From positions 177 through 64,176 of the forward strand of contig NZ_JARXAB010000172.1 in NCBI RefSeq assembly GCF_029866045.1: a stretch of DNA of 64,000 bases, in the 5' to 3' direction. The notes beneath the pieces are model-generated. The model ran no database searches. It had not been told where the DNA came from and saw only the letters and a list, made by a program, of their open reading frames with translations. The stretch's first letter is position 1. The number at the start of each line of letters is the position of its first letter. Made by a program: the position numbers and the translations under genes. This stretch comes from Ramlibacter sp. (GTDB taxonomy: Bacteria; Pseudomonadota; Gammaproteobacteria; Burkholderiales; Burkholderiaceae_C). Of the stretch, positions 8,538-20,500 are shown one piece after another.

Positions 8538-11500
8538 TCAGGAGTAAACCGGATCCGGAATCTCCGGCAGCGGGGCGTCCGGGTAGTGCAAACCGGAATT
8601 GCCGTCGTCGGTGAGCAGCGTGCCCTCGAAGGTCGAGACCGCCGGGGTATCGAGCGGCTCGCCGCCGACCTCCGTCACCCTCGCCTCGACCATGAAGCGC
8701 TCGTTGTTCTCGGGCTTGCGGTCATGGACGGCTTCCAGAACGAAACGCTCCACCGTCTGGTCGGCATTGAAAGACAGGTCGCCCGCGATGTAGCCGTCGC
8801 GGTCCATGTAGAAGCCCTCAGGCAGCAGGAAGTCATTGGCGCTCGCGCCGTCTCCCGTCAGATCGTAGGGAACACCGATCCGCACGTGCACGTCCATCGA
8901 CTCGTCGGTCGGACCGTCCCGCACCACCTCGAAGACAAAGCGCGCGCTGTCCTCGCCCTGAGCGCCGGTCGGCGTGACCAGGAACAGCCCGAAATCGTCG
9001 CCCTTGATGACGCCCGCGGCCGTGCTGCCTGCCTTGGCGATCTCGACGTTGCCGCCGGAGTCGACGTTGTGGGCAGACAGCAGCTTCATGGTGAAGCGCT
9101 CATCCGCCTCGGGCACCGCGTCCCCCTTGATCTGGACGGGGAGGTAGTAGCGACGCGAGACCGAGTCATAAGTCAGGCTGCCCTCGCCCGACATCGCAGT
9201 GAAGTCATCCGAGGTGACCAGGCCACTCAAGGACCATTCCACCACGACTCGATTCAGGCCCGCACTGCCCTCGCCGGTCGAAATCGCATCCACATAAAAG
9301 CGCAGCTCGGTGGTGCCAGAGTCGCCCTCGAGCACCACCGCCGTCGCTTGGGACAGGCCAATGAGCAGATCATCGTCACGGGCGGTTGCGGTGGCCTCGC
9401 CCGTCACGATGCTGGCGCCCAGCGCGTTGTTGCGTGCGTCGAAGACATCGAAGCTGTCGATCACCACCTTGAACTGTTCGGAGGCGCCGTACACGTCGTC
9501 GCCGGCAATGTTGACCGTGATCGTGCTGGTGCCAACGCCATTGCGGAAGTTGATCGAGGTCGTCCCGGAGGGAAGCGCCTCGCCGACGAAGTCGTCCGCG
9601 CTCGTCGGGTGCATGCCCACGCCTTCCACGTGCCAGGTCACCGTGCCGCGGGCAGCCGTGGGGGAGCCCTCGGCGCGCAGGCCGAAGCGGAAGGCGGTCT
9701 CTCCGCCATCCACGCCCTCGTTGAGAGCGCTGTCGATGGCACGCAGCACCAGACCCACGTCGTCGTTGACCAGTACGGCCTCCAAACTGGTGTCACCCAG
9801 AATGTCCGCGTTGCGGGCATTGGCCAGGTTGATGCTGAAGCGCTCGGCGAGCTCAAACACGTTGTCACCCTGGGTGAGCACCGTGACCAGTTTGGTGGTC
9901 TCGCCTTCGAGGAAGGTGACCGTTCCGCTGGGCAGGAAGCCGCCGAAGTCGGCTTCGTCAGCCGCGTCCGTGTCGTCATCCGTCGAGACGAACCAGTCCA
10001 CCGACGAGATGACGCTGCTGTCGCCCCCGCGGGTGATGCGGAAGACAGCCGCGCGGTCGTCCTCCTCGTTGCCCTCGTTGACTGCGGTGACGTCCATGGA
10101 CAGGGTCAGGATCGGGTCGTCGTTGGGCACCACCTGGGTGACCGACGGCGTCGGCAGGGTGCTGCCAAAGCTCGGGTTGGACAAGGTGACGGTAAAGCCC
10201 TCGTCGTACTCGCCGCGGCGGTCCTGCTTGATGCGCACCTCGATCTCGCGCACATCATCATCACCGTCTGCGAAGGTGATCGTGCTGGTGCCAAAGACGC
10301 TGTCGGTCAAGTTCGCGTCGGTGACCCTCACACCGTCGATCCACACGCTGTCGATGTCGTCCTGGTTCACGCTATAGCCGCTGGCGGTGCTGACCGTCCA
10401 GGACACCGTCGCGGCGCCCAGGGTCGAGCCCACCCGGTTCACGTTGAAGAAGTAGGAGGTGAAGTCGTTCGCGGTGTTGCCGTCGACGTTGGGGTTGCCC
10501 TCAAACGGCGCCTCGGCCGCCAAGGTGGCTCCCTGGCCGGCCGTCACGGTGAGCTGGTCGTCGTCGTCATTGAGGGTGATGTCAACGGTGGCACGGGTGC
10601 CCAGCACCTCGCCCTGCAAGAAGGAGCCGGTTCCCGACAGGGTCATGCGCACCACGCTGTCAAGTTCCCGGATGCCGTCGGCCACGAACTGGAGGGTCAG
10701 GGTCTTCTCGGTCGAGCCTGCATCGAAGGTGGTCCGGCCGCTGAGTGCACTCTGCCCGCCGACGATCACGTCGGCCGCCTGCAAGGCGGTCGCGTCTCCA
10801 CTCACCAGGCTCAGGGCCCAATTGACATTGGAGGAGCTCGCCAGAGTCGACGCACTGCCGGTGCGGTGCAGCGTGAAGGTCACGAGGGCCAGCGAACCAC
10901 CGGCGTCGCCCTCGAGCACCTCGGTCTTGTCCACGGCCATCCAGTAGGCCAGGTCGTCATTGAGTAATGTGCCTGTCTGGGCCTTGGCATCCTGGCGCAG
11001 GGAACCGCCCTCGCTCGGGCTGGACAGGGTGACCACAAACTGCTCATCGCGTTCATAGGTGCTGTCGTTGCCCACGTTGACGGTAACCGTCTTCTCCACG
11101 TAGTACTGACCGTCGTCGCCCTGCACGGGCTGCTCGGTGCCGTCGAAGCTCACACTGCCGGTCAGCGCGCTGCCGAAGTCGTTGCCTGCGCCGGTGAGGC
11201 TCACCGGGTCGGTGTCGCCTCCCGTGAGAGTCCAGGTGACCGAGGACGAACCACTGAGGTCACCCTGGCGGACCACCTTGAAGGTGATGAGACCGTCGCC
11301 CTCCGAGGCCGAGGTGATCGGACGAATCGAGAAGCCCTCGTCGTCGTTGGTGATCACGCCCGAGGCGGTGGTGCTGCGCTCGGTGCTGGTCCCCACGTCG
11401 TAGTCCAGGGTCAGGGTGAAGGGCTCATCACCCTCCCACTGGGTGTCGCCCTGCACCGGCACGTTGATGGTGTAGGTGTCCAGGCCTGCGGGGAACACGA

Positions 11501-14500
11501 AACTGCCGGAAATCACCCCGTCATTGGCATCCGCATCGCTGATGTCGCGGAAGTCAGCCACCGAGGCAGCCAGGCTACCGGTCGGGAAGGACAGCGTCCA
11601 CTCGCAAGAGGTCGCCATTTCGATCGAACCCACACGGGTGATGGTGAAGGCGATGGTCGTGCGGCCGTCCGTCTCCACGACAGGGTCATCCCCCTCCTGG
11701 GGAACTTCCTGGGCCACGGTCAGTGAGTAGTCGTCGTCACCGATCTTGCCGATTTCGAGCGGACCGTCATTGCCTGTGGCGTTGACGATGGATACGCCAG
11801 CCGACGAGTTGCTCAGCTGAATGTGGAAGGTGTCCGTACCCTCCATGACCGCATCGGGAACCATCTTGATCCGGACGGTCTGCGTGCCGTTCGCACTGAA
11901 GGAGAGGCTGCCGCGGGTCGGGCCAGTGAAGTCGCTCGCGCTGGCGGTGCCGTCAAGCACCAGCGCCCAGTCCACCGTCGATGCGCCGGAGTAAGGCCCT
12001 GCGCGCACCACGTCAAACTCGTAGTAGGAATAGTCGCCTTCTACGAGCGCGCCATCGAGGTCGGTCCCCTCCTTCTGGGTGATCGCCTTGCTGTCGCTCA
12101 CGAAAATCGCGCCATCGTCGTTCACGATCACGCCCCTGGCGCCTGCGCCTGAGGTCACGAAGGTGTCGTTCTCGGCGCCTGCGCCGAGCGACGTCACCTC
12201 GACGGTGAACATCTCGTCGGCTTCGGCCCCGTTGTCGGGGTTCGGGCTGAACGGGACGGTGATGACCTTGCTCAGCTCGCCGGGCTTGAAGGTCACCGTG
12301 CCGGTCGGCAGGACGCCGCCCACGAAGTCGTTACCACTCACCAGATAGCGGCCGCCCTGGTCGAGGACCGACCAAGTCACCGTCTGGTCCTGAGGCACAG
12401 ACACCGAGCGGGTGATGGTGAAGCTAAAGCTACCGCCAGAGTTCTCCGTCACCTTCACGTTGGCCTCGGCCACCGAGAAGATGGTGTCGTCGTTTTGCAG
12501 GGTCGCCACGGACTGGCCGGCGTTGAGACCCGAGGTCAAGGCGAAGCTCGCGTTTTGCAGCGCGGCCACTGAATCGTCGATGGGGTCCCCGTCGTCCTTG
12601 TCGGCTGAGTCACCAAAGAGCAGTTGGTCAATGCCGTAGACCCGGTTGAACTTGACCCGGAAATTCTCGTCCGACTCGACCCCCGCATCGCCGGAGGCGG
12701 CAAACGGAAGGGTCAAGGTGTGTGACTCGACGCCAAAGCCTTCCACCATCGCATGCTCGATCGTGCCGGAGCTCGAGTCCATGTTGAGAGCGCCCCGGGT
12801 GGCCCCGGTACCGAAGTCGTTGGCTTGGGTGTCCAGGTTGAACTTGGACCAGTCTGCCTCGGAAGGGTCGTTGAGGTCGCCCACGCGCAGCAGCGTGACC
12901 TGCACCTGGGCCACCCCCGAGTCGCCCTCGGTCACGTTGAAGTCGTTGACGATCAGGCCGGTGTCGTCGTTGACGATGACAGCGCTCACTTCCTTGGCCG
13001 CCGGATCGACGTAGCCCACCGAGGGGTTGTACAGCTCGATCTTGAAACGCTCGCCGTACTCGACCAACAGGTCAGGGCGGATTTCAACGCGCACGGTGCG
13101 GATCTTGTCTGGCGTGGCGTCGGTGATGTTGCCGTCGGCGAAGTAGTTAGTGACCGCCTGAGGGGCGTAGGCAGTTTCATGGTCCCTCCACTGCCAGCCT
13201 GAAAAGGCCACCGTTCCCGAGGCGGCCAGGAAATCCGACTCGCTGACTGTGGCCAGGTTGAGTCCGGTACCCACCACACGCCAGCCCACAGAGGACGCGT
13301 TCTTGTAGGCACTCGCATCCGTGTCACCCAAGTCCCGGGTGACCTGGAACTCCAAGTAGGTATTGCCGTCGTCGCCCTCTACCACCTTGGCCACATTGCC
13401 CACGAATGTGGCGTCGCCATTGCGGCTGTTGGCTGTCCACTCGATGCCGTAGCTCACGTCGTCGTTGCGGATGACGACTTGCGCGGTCATCGTGTCCCAG
13501 CCGGCCAGGTTGCGATCTGCGCGGTAGCTGCCGTCCGGCTCGCGATTCCAATCCGGCGTAAACAGCACGTTGGAGCCGTCGACTGACCCCGACCGGACCG
13601 GGGCGTTGTCAATGCTGGCCACCGAAAACTTCAGGTCGAAGGTCTCGTTGTCCTCGACCACACGCTCCGGGACGAACAAATTGGGAATGCTGACCTGGAG
13701 GTCATTGGTGGTATTGAAGCGGCTGGCCTCGGGCAGCTCCAGCGTGCCCATGAACTTGCCCTCGACCGCATTCCAATAGACCGGGTTGAAGTCGGAGGTG
13801 TCGGCGGTGTAGCCGACGCCCAGAACCACTTCCCAGTTCAGCACGATCTTGCCGGTTTGCTGGCCGGCACGGGCGAAGGTCAAGGCCACATCGCCGGTCA
13901 CACCGCTCACGAAGACCTGGCTGGCGGCGTCACCATAGGCCGGATCCGTGTTGGTGGCCGGATTGAAGGCCGGATCACCATCCAGCTCCCAGAGGTTGGG
14001 GGTCCGGTCATAGCTCGTGTAGTCCGTGCCCGTGCATCCGACGAAGTCGTCGCCGACGTCCACGTCGTACCAGTAGCCCGAGCGGAAGATGTTGTGTGGC
14101 GCGCGGCCGCCCATTCCGGTCTGGTCCAGCCACAGGCGTACATCATCGTCCACCACCGTGGCGGTGGCGGTGTAGGCGTCCGGGTCGCGGCGGGTGGAGT
14201 TCCAGTCGGCCAGGTCCCGGGTCAGCGCGTCGTTGGCGAAGCCGATATCCGCCTTGTCCTGCAGGTTCTCGCCCGCATTGATGTCCCACTCGGTCACCCC
14301 CACGGAGTCCGGCAGATGTTCGGTATCGAACAGGGTGACCGTGACATCACGGTTGCTCTCGATGATGTTGTCGTCGGGAATCCGGATCACCACCGTCGCG
14401 GTTGTCTCACCCTCGGCAAAGTTCACCGAGCCACGCCAAAGCGCAGAGTGCTGGGGCGCGTACACCGAATTGCCTGTGGAGCCCTCCGCCTGCATGTAGA

Positions 14501-17500
14501 CAAAGGTGTTGGAGCCTTGGTTGTCCTGACCCAACAGGATCTCAAAGAAGGCCTGGCTGGCGGTCGCATCCGCGCTACTGCGGGTGAAGGTGAGCACCAG
14601 ACGCCGGTCGTTGTCGGTGTTGTCGTTGGTGTAGTCGTTGTCGCCGTTGGTGAGCCAGTCGCTCGAGGTGCCCTCGTAGAGGGCTTTGTCCACATTGCCG
14701 GCGTCGTCCAGACCATTTGCGAGCGCATTGCCCTTGGCATTGACCAGGCTGGACAAGCCCGCCTTGTTTGCTACCCAGGACAGGTCGACACGCACCGTGG
14801 TGCCGTCGTTGTCGCCGATCAGGAAGTCGGCCTGGCCGCGCAGCGCGCTCACCCCCGGGTTGCCCTCGTTGCCGGGCAGAGCCTGCGGGTGGGTCAGTTG
14901 GACGGTAAAACTCTCCGCGTCTTCGGCCAACAGGTCATTGGCCACCGCGATGGTGACAACCTTCTCTTTCTCACCAGCCGCGAAGGTCACGGTCTTGCCC
15001 TTGGACAGCAGCACGTCCCCGTCCGGGGCATTCCAGAGCAAGCCATAGGCGCCGTCGTACGCGGCGTCTGTCGCATCGCCCTGGTACAGCAGGAAGTCGG
15101 CCGTCTCGGCCCTGTGCGCGCCGGCCGCCTGGGTCGGGTCGGTGGTCTCGATGAAACCGCCCGCCCCGTCGATGCCGTTGACACGCACCACCCAGTCCAC
15201 CGAGGCCGCCGCGCGGTAGTCCCCCTCACGGTGGATGATGAACTGGTGCAGGGTGTAGCCGGTGGGAGCCGTCAGCCCCGCGGGCAGCCCCTCGAGCGCC
15301 AAGCCACGGTAGCTGGACTGCTGGAGTGCATCGTCGCCCTCGACGCGGCTGTTCTGGCCCTCGTTCATCACCAGCCCCTGGATGACGAAGAGCTGGTCAT
15401 CGTTGGCAATGGTGGCATAGCCAGCGCTGCCGGCTTGACCGAAGGCGTAAGAGCGCTGCGGATTGGGGTCGTAGGTGGTACCTGCCGGCGTCGAGGTCAG
15501 GACCACGCGGAAGTCCTCGCGCTCCTCGCCCACGTTGTCGGTACGCACGCGCACCGTCACCCAGGCTTCCTTCTGACCGTCGGCGAAGGTCACCGAACCC
15601 TGAGGCAAGCCATTGGTGCCAGCGGTCTGGCCACCCAGCAAAATGAAATCATCCGACTGGGTGACATCGATGCTGTTTTGGCCGTAATAGCCGCTCACGT
15701 AATTGCTCCAGCCCCGGCCATCCATCAGCGTGGACACATCGGACTGAACCGCCCACTGGATCGTCATCGGGCCGGCGCTGGCCAGCTCGCGCACCACCAG
15801 GAACTGCCGGTCTTCCCACTGGCCGTCCGCAGTGCTCACATTGACGGTGGCGGTCTGCGAAGGGCTGCCGTTGTTGAAGTCGCCGCCGACGGCCACGACC
15901 TGCACACTGGCGGTGCCATCGCCTTCGTCGACCACCGTCTCGCGGACCACCAGGATCGGGTCCACATGGGTAACCTCGGACGAGAAGCCGAAGCCATCGA
16001 CCAATGCCGTGCGCTCGGCCGTGCTCAAAGTGCTGAAGTCCTGGATGGCAGAACGCATCAGGATCTGTCGGGTGCCCGCAGGCACATCGATCACATACGA
16101 GAAGGCGCCAGTCGCCACGCCGCCAGACAGCACCTCACTGCCCTTCATCGGCCGGAAGGCCAGGCTGGAGTTATGTGTGGTGAGCAGGTTCGCCTGGCTG
16201 GTGCCGTCGTAGTAGTCGTCGCCGAGCAGGACGATTTCCCACTGGCCCCGGCTGGTGACCGTGACCTGGAAAGGCTGGGCCGCGCCCTCGTCACAGGCGT
16301 AGGTATAGGAGAAATAGTCGTTGTAGTCGACGCGTACAGCGCCGTTGTTCTGGCCATCCTGTGCGCCGGAGCGGTTGTTGACGTCCAGGGACTGCACCAG
16401 GTAGTGCTGCACCATCTGCCGGTCGTAGACCGTGCTGAAAGCTCGGGTGATCACCGGGCTGTCGTCGTCCACGATCCGCGCCGAGCCGCTGGCCTCGGGC
16501 ACCGAGAAGCTGTCGCCGCCCGTTTCGGCGGTGACAGCCAAGGTGACCTTTTCGCTGGTCTCGTCAATGTTGTCGTTGACCAGGGGCAGGCGAACCAGAA
16601 TCTGGTCAGCGCCCTCGCCCACGGTGATCGTGTCCGAGCTCGTCTTCGAACCGCCGCTGAAGGTGCCGCGTTGCTCCAGTGTGAGCGCATCGCCCAGGAA
16701 ACCTTCGATCAGGGCGTAGGACGGCGCGACGAAGGCGATCTGGTTGAAATCGAGCTGGACACTCGGGTCCACCAACGGCTCGAGACGGGGGCGAAAGCCC
16801 TCCTCCGACTCCATGTCCATCCCCAAAGAAATCGCGATTGCACTCAGCCCGCAACCGGACTGGCAGTTGACCACGCCAAAGCCCGAAGTCCCGAACGGCC
16901 CGAAGCGCTCCCCGGGACCGGTGCCAAAGCCCTTGACCACGAGCGACTCAGTGCTGAAAGTGAAACTTTCTCTCGCATCGGCGCCCTCCCAGCCCTGGGC
17001 GTGGAAGCCTGCGCGTTCAATGAGGATGCGGTCGTCTTCACCGAAGCCATCGAGCTTCAACGGCGTGCCGGGCACGCCCTTGAAGCGGATCTCGACGGTG
17101 TTCAGATCCAGATTGATGGTCGGCTCGCCGGTGCCGGGGTCGAAGGCGTAGGCGAACTCGTTCTCGTCGATGGCGCCATTGGCGTTTGTGTCGAGGAAAG
17201 CGCCGCTCGCGTCCACCACCACATGGATGGTGGAGGTGACGAAGCTGACCATATTGCCCGGGTGGACAGCGCGCGTGTTGTCGCCGAAGTCGCCCAACTT
17301 GAAATGGGCGCCACCCGAGCTGTTACGGGTTTCCAGCCACAAGGAGTTGGTGTCGTTGGCGGGGCCGCTGCTGCACGAGCAGTGGTCCATTTCAGCCTTG
17401 ACCGTGATACCCGAGCCGCTGCCGTTGCTCACGCACGCGGCATTGGTGGCGTACGCATCCGAATCGCAAGACCACTGGTCCGAGCAACTGCTGTATGCCG

Positions 17501-20500
17501 ACGCTCCGCGCAGGCCGGCCAGGCCCAGGCTGGTGCGGTCGATCTCGATGCGGTCATCCTCGCCGAAGCCGGAGAGGTCCAGAACCTGGGCCGGAATATC
17601 GAGGAAGCGGATGACCGTGCGGTCGTCGCCCAGATCGATGACGGCATTGCTCTGACCCTCGCTCACCGAGAAGTCGAAGGCCTGGTTGGCATCCGTCATC
17701 TCCGAGACGTCCAGCACGCCGTCCTGGTCGAGGTCGACCCAGCCGCCGTCATGGTTGACGAGCACCTGGGTGAAGTCGCTGCGGACAAAGCTCACGCGGG
17801 CCAGGAGGCTGCCGCCAAGGTCCGCGACGTGGTTCGCGTCACCCGTTTCACAGTAGAAAGCAGAGCCGCCCTGGTGATCGCGCCGACGGAACTGGCCCAG
17901 GACTGCCAGGGAGTAGTAACCCCCGTCGTTGGTAAACATATTCAGCTGCGTTCTGGCACGCGTGGACTCGACGTCCCTCCCCTCCTGAGTGCAGGCGTAA
18001 TGCCTGGCGTACTTTGTGTAGTGGGCTTCCAACTGCAAGTCGGAGCCCAGCCTCTGCCGGCTGTACTGGTCGCGCCAAATCCTGGACCCTTCGTTGCTAC
18101 CGTCGTCCCAACTCTGGCTATTCCCGTAAGAATTGGCGCGTAGGTTTTCCACCCTACCGTTGGAGGGCACCCGATACCCATGGTCAGCCAGGGCCGACAG
18201 GTCGAATTCAATCCGGTCGTCGTGGCCGAACCCGCGCAGGTCGAGAAGGTCGTCCGGAAAGTCGTTGAACTTGACCACCACGGTCTGGTGGTCCATGTCC
18301 AGGCCGTTCTCGGCGTTGGCACGGTTGCTTTCGGCGGCCTCGTTCCTGTCGAGGTTACCGTCGGCATCGAGGTCGAAGTAGACGCCTGAATACTCGACCA
18401 CCAAATGGACCAACGGGTCGCGCACCAGGGAAATCAGCGAAATCAGCGTGCCCTGACCATCGATCAGGCGGTTGTCGGCATTGAGGACCGCGAAGTCATC
18501 GCAGAAGTAGGTTGCGCCGTCGCTTCGAGACAGTGACAAGTTGAGGCCGGCGGCAGGCCCTTGTTGGTGGTAGTCGCTATAACCGGCGGAGCGTGCGTCG
18601 CGCCATGCCCGAATGCTGAACCATTGGCCGGTGGTGCCGTTGGCGCAGTGAGAGCCGCTGAAGTCCGAATAGAAGCAATTCGAGTTGTCACTGCCAATAT
18701 CCTGGCTCGTGTAGTTGAGATAGCCCTCCATGGACCAGCCGTTGCGCGCCATGGCGTTGACATTGATCTCGATCCGGTCGTCGAGACCAAAGCCGGAGAG
18801 GTTGAGCGCCACCACGGTATCGCTGGGGTCGCTGCCCTCCTCACCATCCACGCGGCCGAACAGGTCGTTCATCCGCAGGGTGACCCGGTTGGCGGCGAGG
18901 TCGATCAGGGCCAAGCCCTCACTGTCAAAAGCCCGGTTGGCGACGCTGATCTCGTTGGCGTCGAGCACACCGTCCTTGTCCAGGTCGATGAAGGCGCCCG
19001 CCTGCTGGATGCCGGTGTTGGCGTCGACGTACTGGTCGATGATGACGGAGATATCCCGCGCGGCCGGAGCATCCGGCTGGACGTTCACGAAACTCACTCG
19101 GCTGAGCAGTGCACCCTTGCCGACGATTGGGCTGGCAAGCACCTCCCCGTCCGTGCCTTTGCCGAAAGTCGCCAGCACTCCAAATTCGTCTTCCGTGAAC
19201 ACGCCGATGGTGTTGGCTTCAACGGTACTGTAGCGACCCAGCACAGCGGCCCCGACATTGAAGCTGAAGGGGTCCCCTTGGCTGCTTCGGACGGATATCC
19301 CACGAGATGTCTCGAGGTCGGCGCAACCAGCGCAGTCGTACCAGCCCTCGCTGGTTCGCTGTTCGTCCACGATCTCGCCCGTTCCGACGTTCCAGCCATT
19401 GGCCTTGAACGCCGCCACATCGAGTTCGATGCGGTCGTCATAGCCAAAGCCCTGAAGGTTCAGCGGTGTATCGGGCGTATCCGCGAAGCGCAGAACCACC
19501 GGTGCAAATCGGATGCCGATCAGGTCCTGGCCTTCGGCATCAAAGGCCAGCGTCGTTTCCGCTTCCTGGTGCACGCCGTCGGCGTTGTCGTCCACATACG
19601 CGCCTTCGCTGTCGACCACCACATGGATCGTGGGGTTCTGGACAAAGCTCACCCGGTCAAACAGGGCGTGGGTGCCGTCGATGATGGGGTTGAGCCTGCG
19701 GGAAGAGCCGAACTCGGCCATACGCACAGTTCGGCTGGTGCAGTCGCGGGGGCTGCCATCCGTATTGCACCCCTGAAACTCGAGGTAGGCCATTTCGCAG
19801 TCGGCGACCGAAGGGCGACTGGCATACAGGGTCCAGCTGTAGTTCTGCCCCCAGACCGTACGCCCCTCCTGCGACAACTCGCTGCTGGCGGCGTCGCAAT
19901 CCAAGTGGGATGCCGTGTCGCCGCCGAATTCCCGGGTGCGCTCGTAGCCGTCGAAACCCATCAACCAGCCGTTGCGGGCCATCTCGTCGGTGTTGAGCTC
20001 GATGCGGTCGTCGGCGCCAAAGCCCACGAAGTCGAGGGGTGCATCGGGGAGGTCATTGAAGCGGATGGTGACCCGGTTGGTCGCCAGGTCCACCAGATCG
20101 TTGCCCCGGCTGCTAAAGGCCAGGTTGGCGCTCACCGCCTCAGAGGCGTCAAGCACGCCGTCGCGGTCGGTGTCGATGTAGGCCCCCACCACGTCGGTGT
20201 TGGGGTTGTGGTCGACGATCACCCGAATGTCATGGGGGATGGGCTCGGGCAGAGGCGTCACCACCTCGGCATCAAAGATAAAGGTAAGTTCCGCCCGGGT
20301 TTGGCCGGCGGCAAATTGCACCACGCCGCTGATCGCGGCAGAGCCTTCAAGCAGGTGCTCGGCGGTCAGCGTCTCGGGGAAGTTGGCGGTGTAGGAGACT
20401 GCGTCCGCCCCCAGGCCGGCGGGCCGGGTGACCACCATGGTCACGGTGCGCACGTTTTGGTCGTCGGTCTGGTCGGTCAACACCTCAAAAGCGGGGCGAT

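Noticed and set aside
13857-18143. 1,428-aa plus-strand ORF and other long antisense ORFs over the giant gene (8586-10967, 18561-21062, 21066-23708, 24213-27122)
   Set aside because: Shadow frames produced by GC-rich codon bias on the coding strand; no recognisable motifs.
17880-18720. Apparently lower-GC patches in the variable segments of the giant gene
   Set aside because: Visual impression only and may reflect amino-acid composition. A sliding-window GC3 analysis is needed before claiming cassette exchange.
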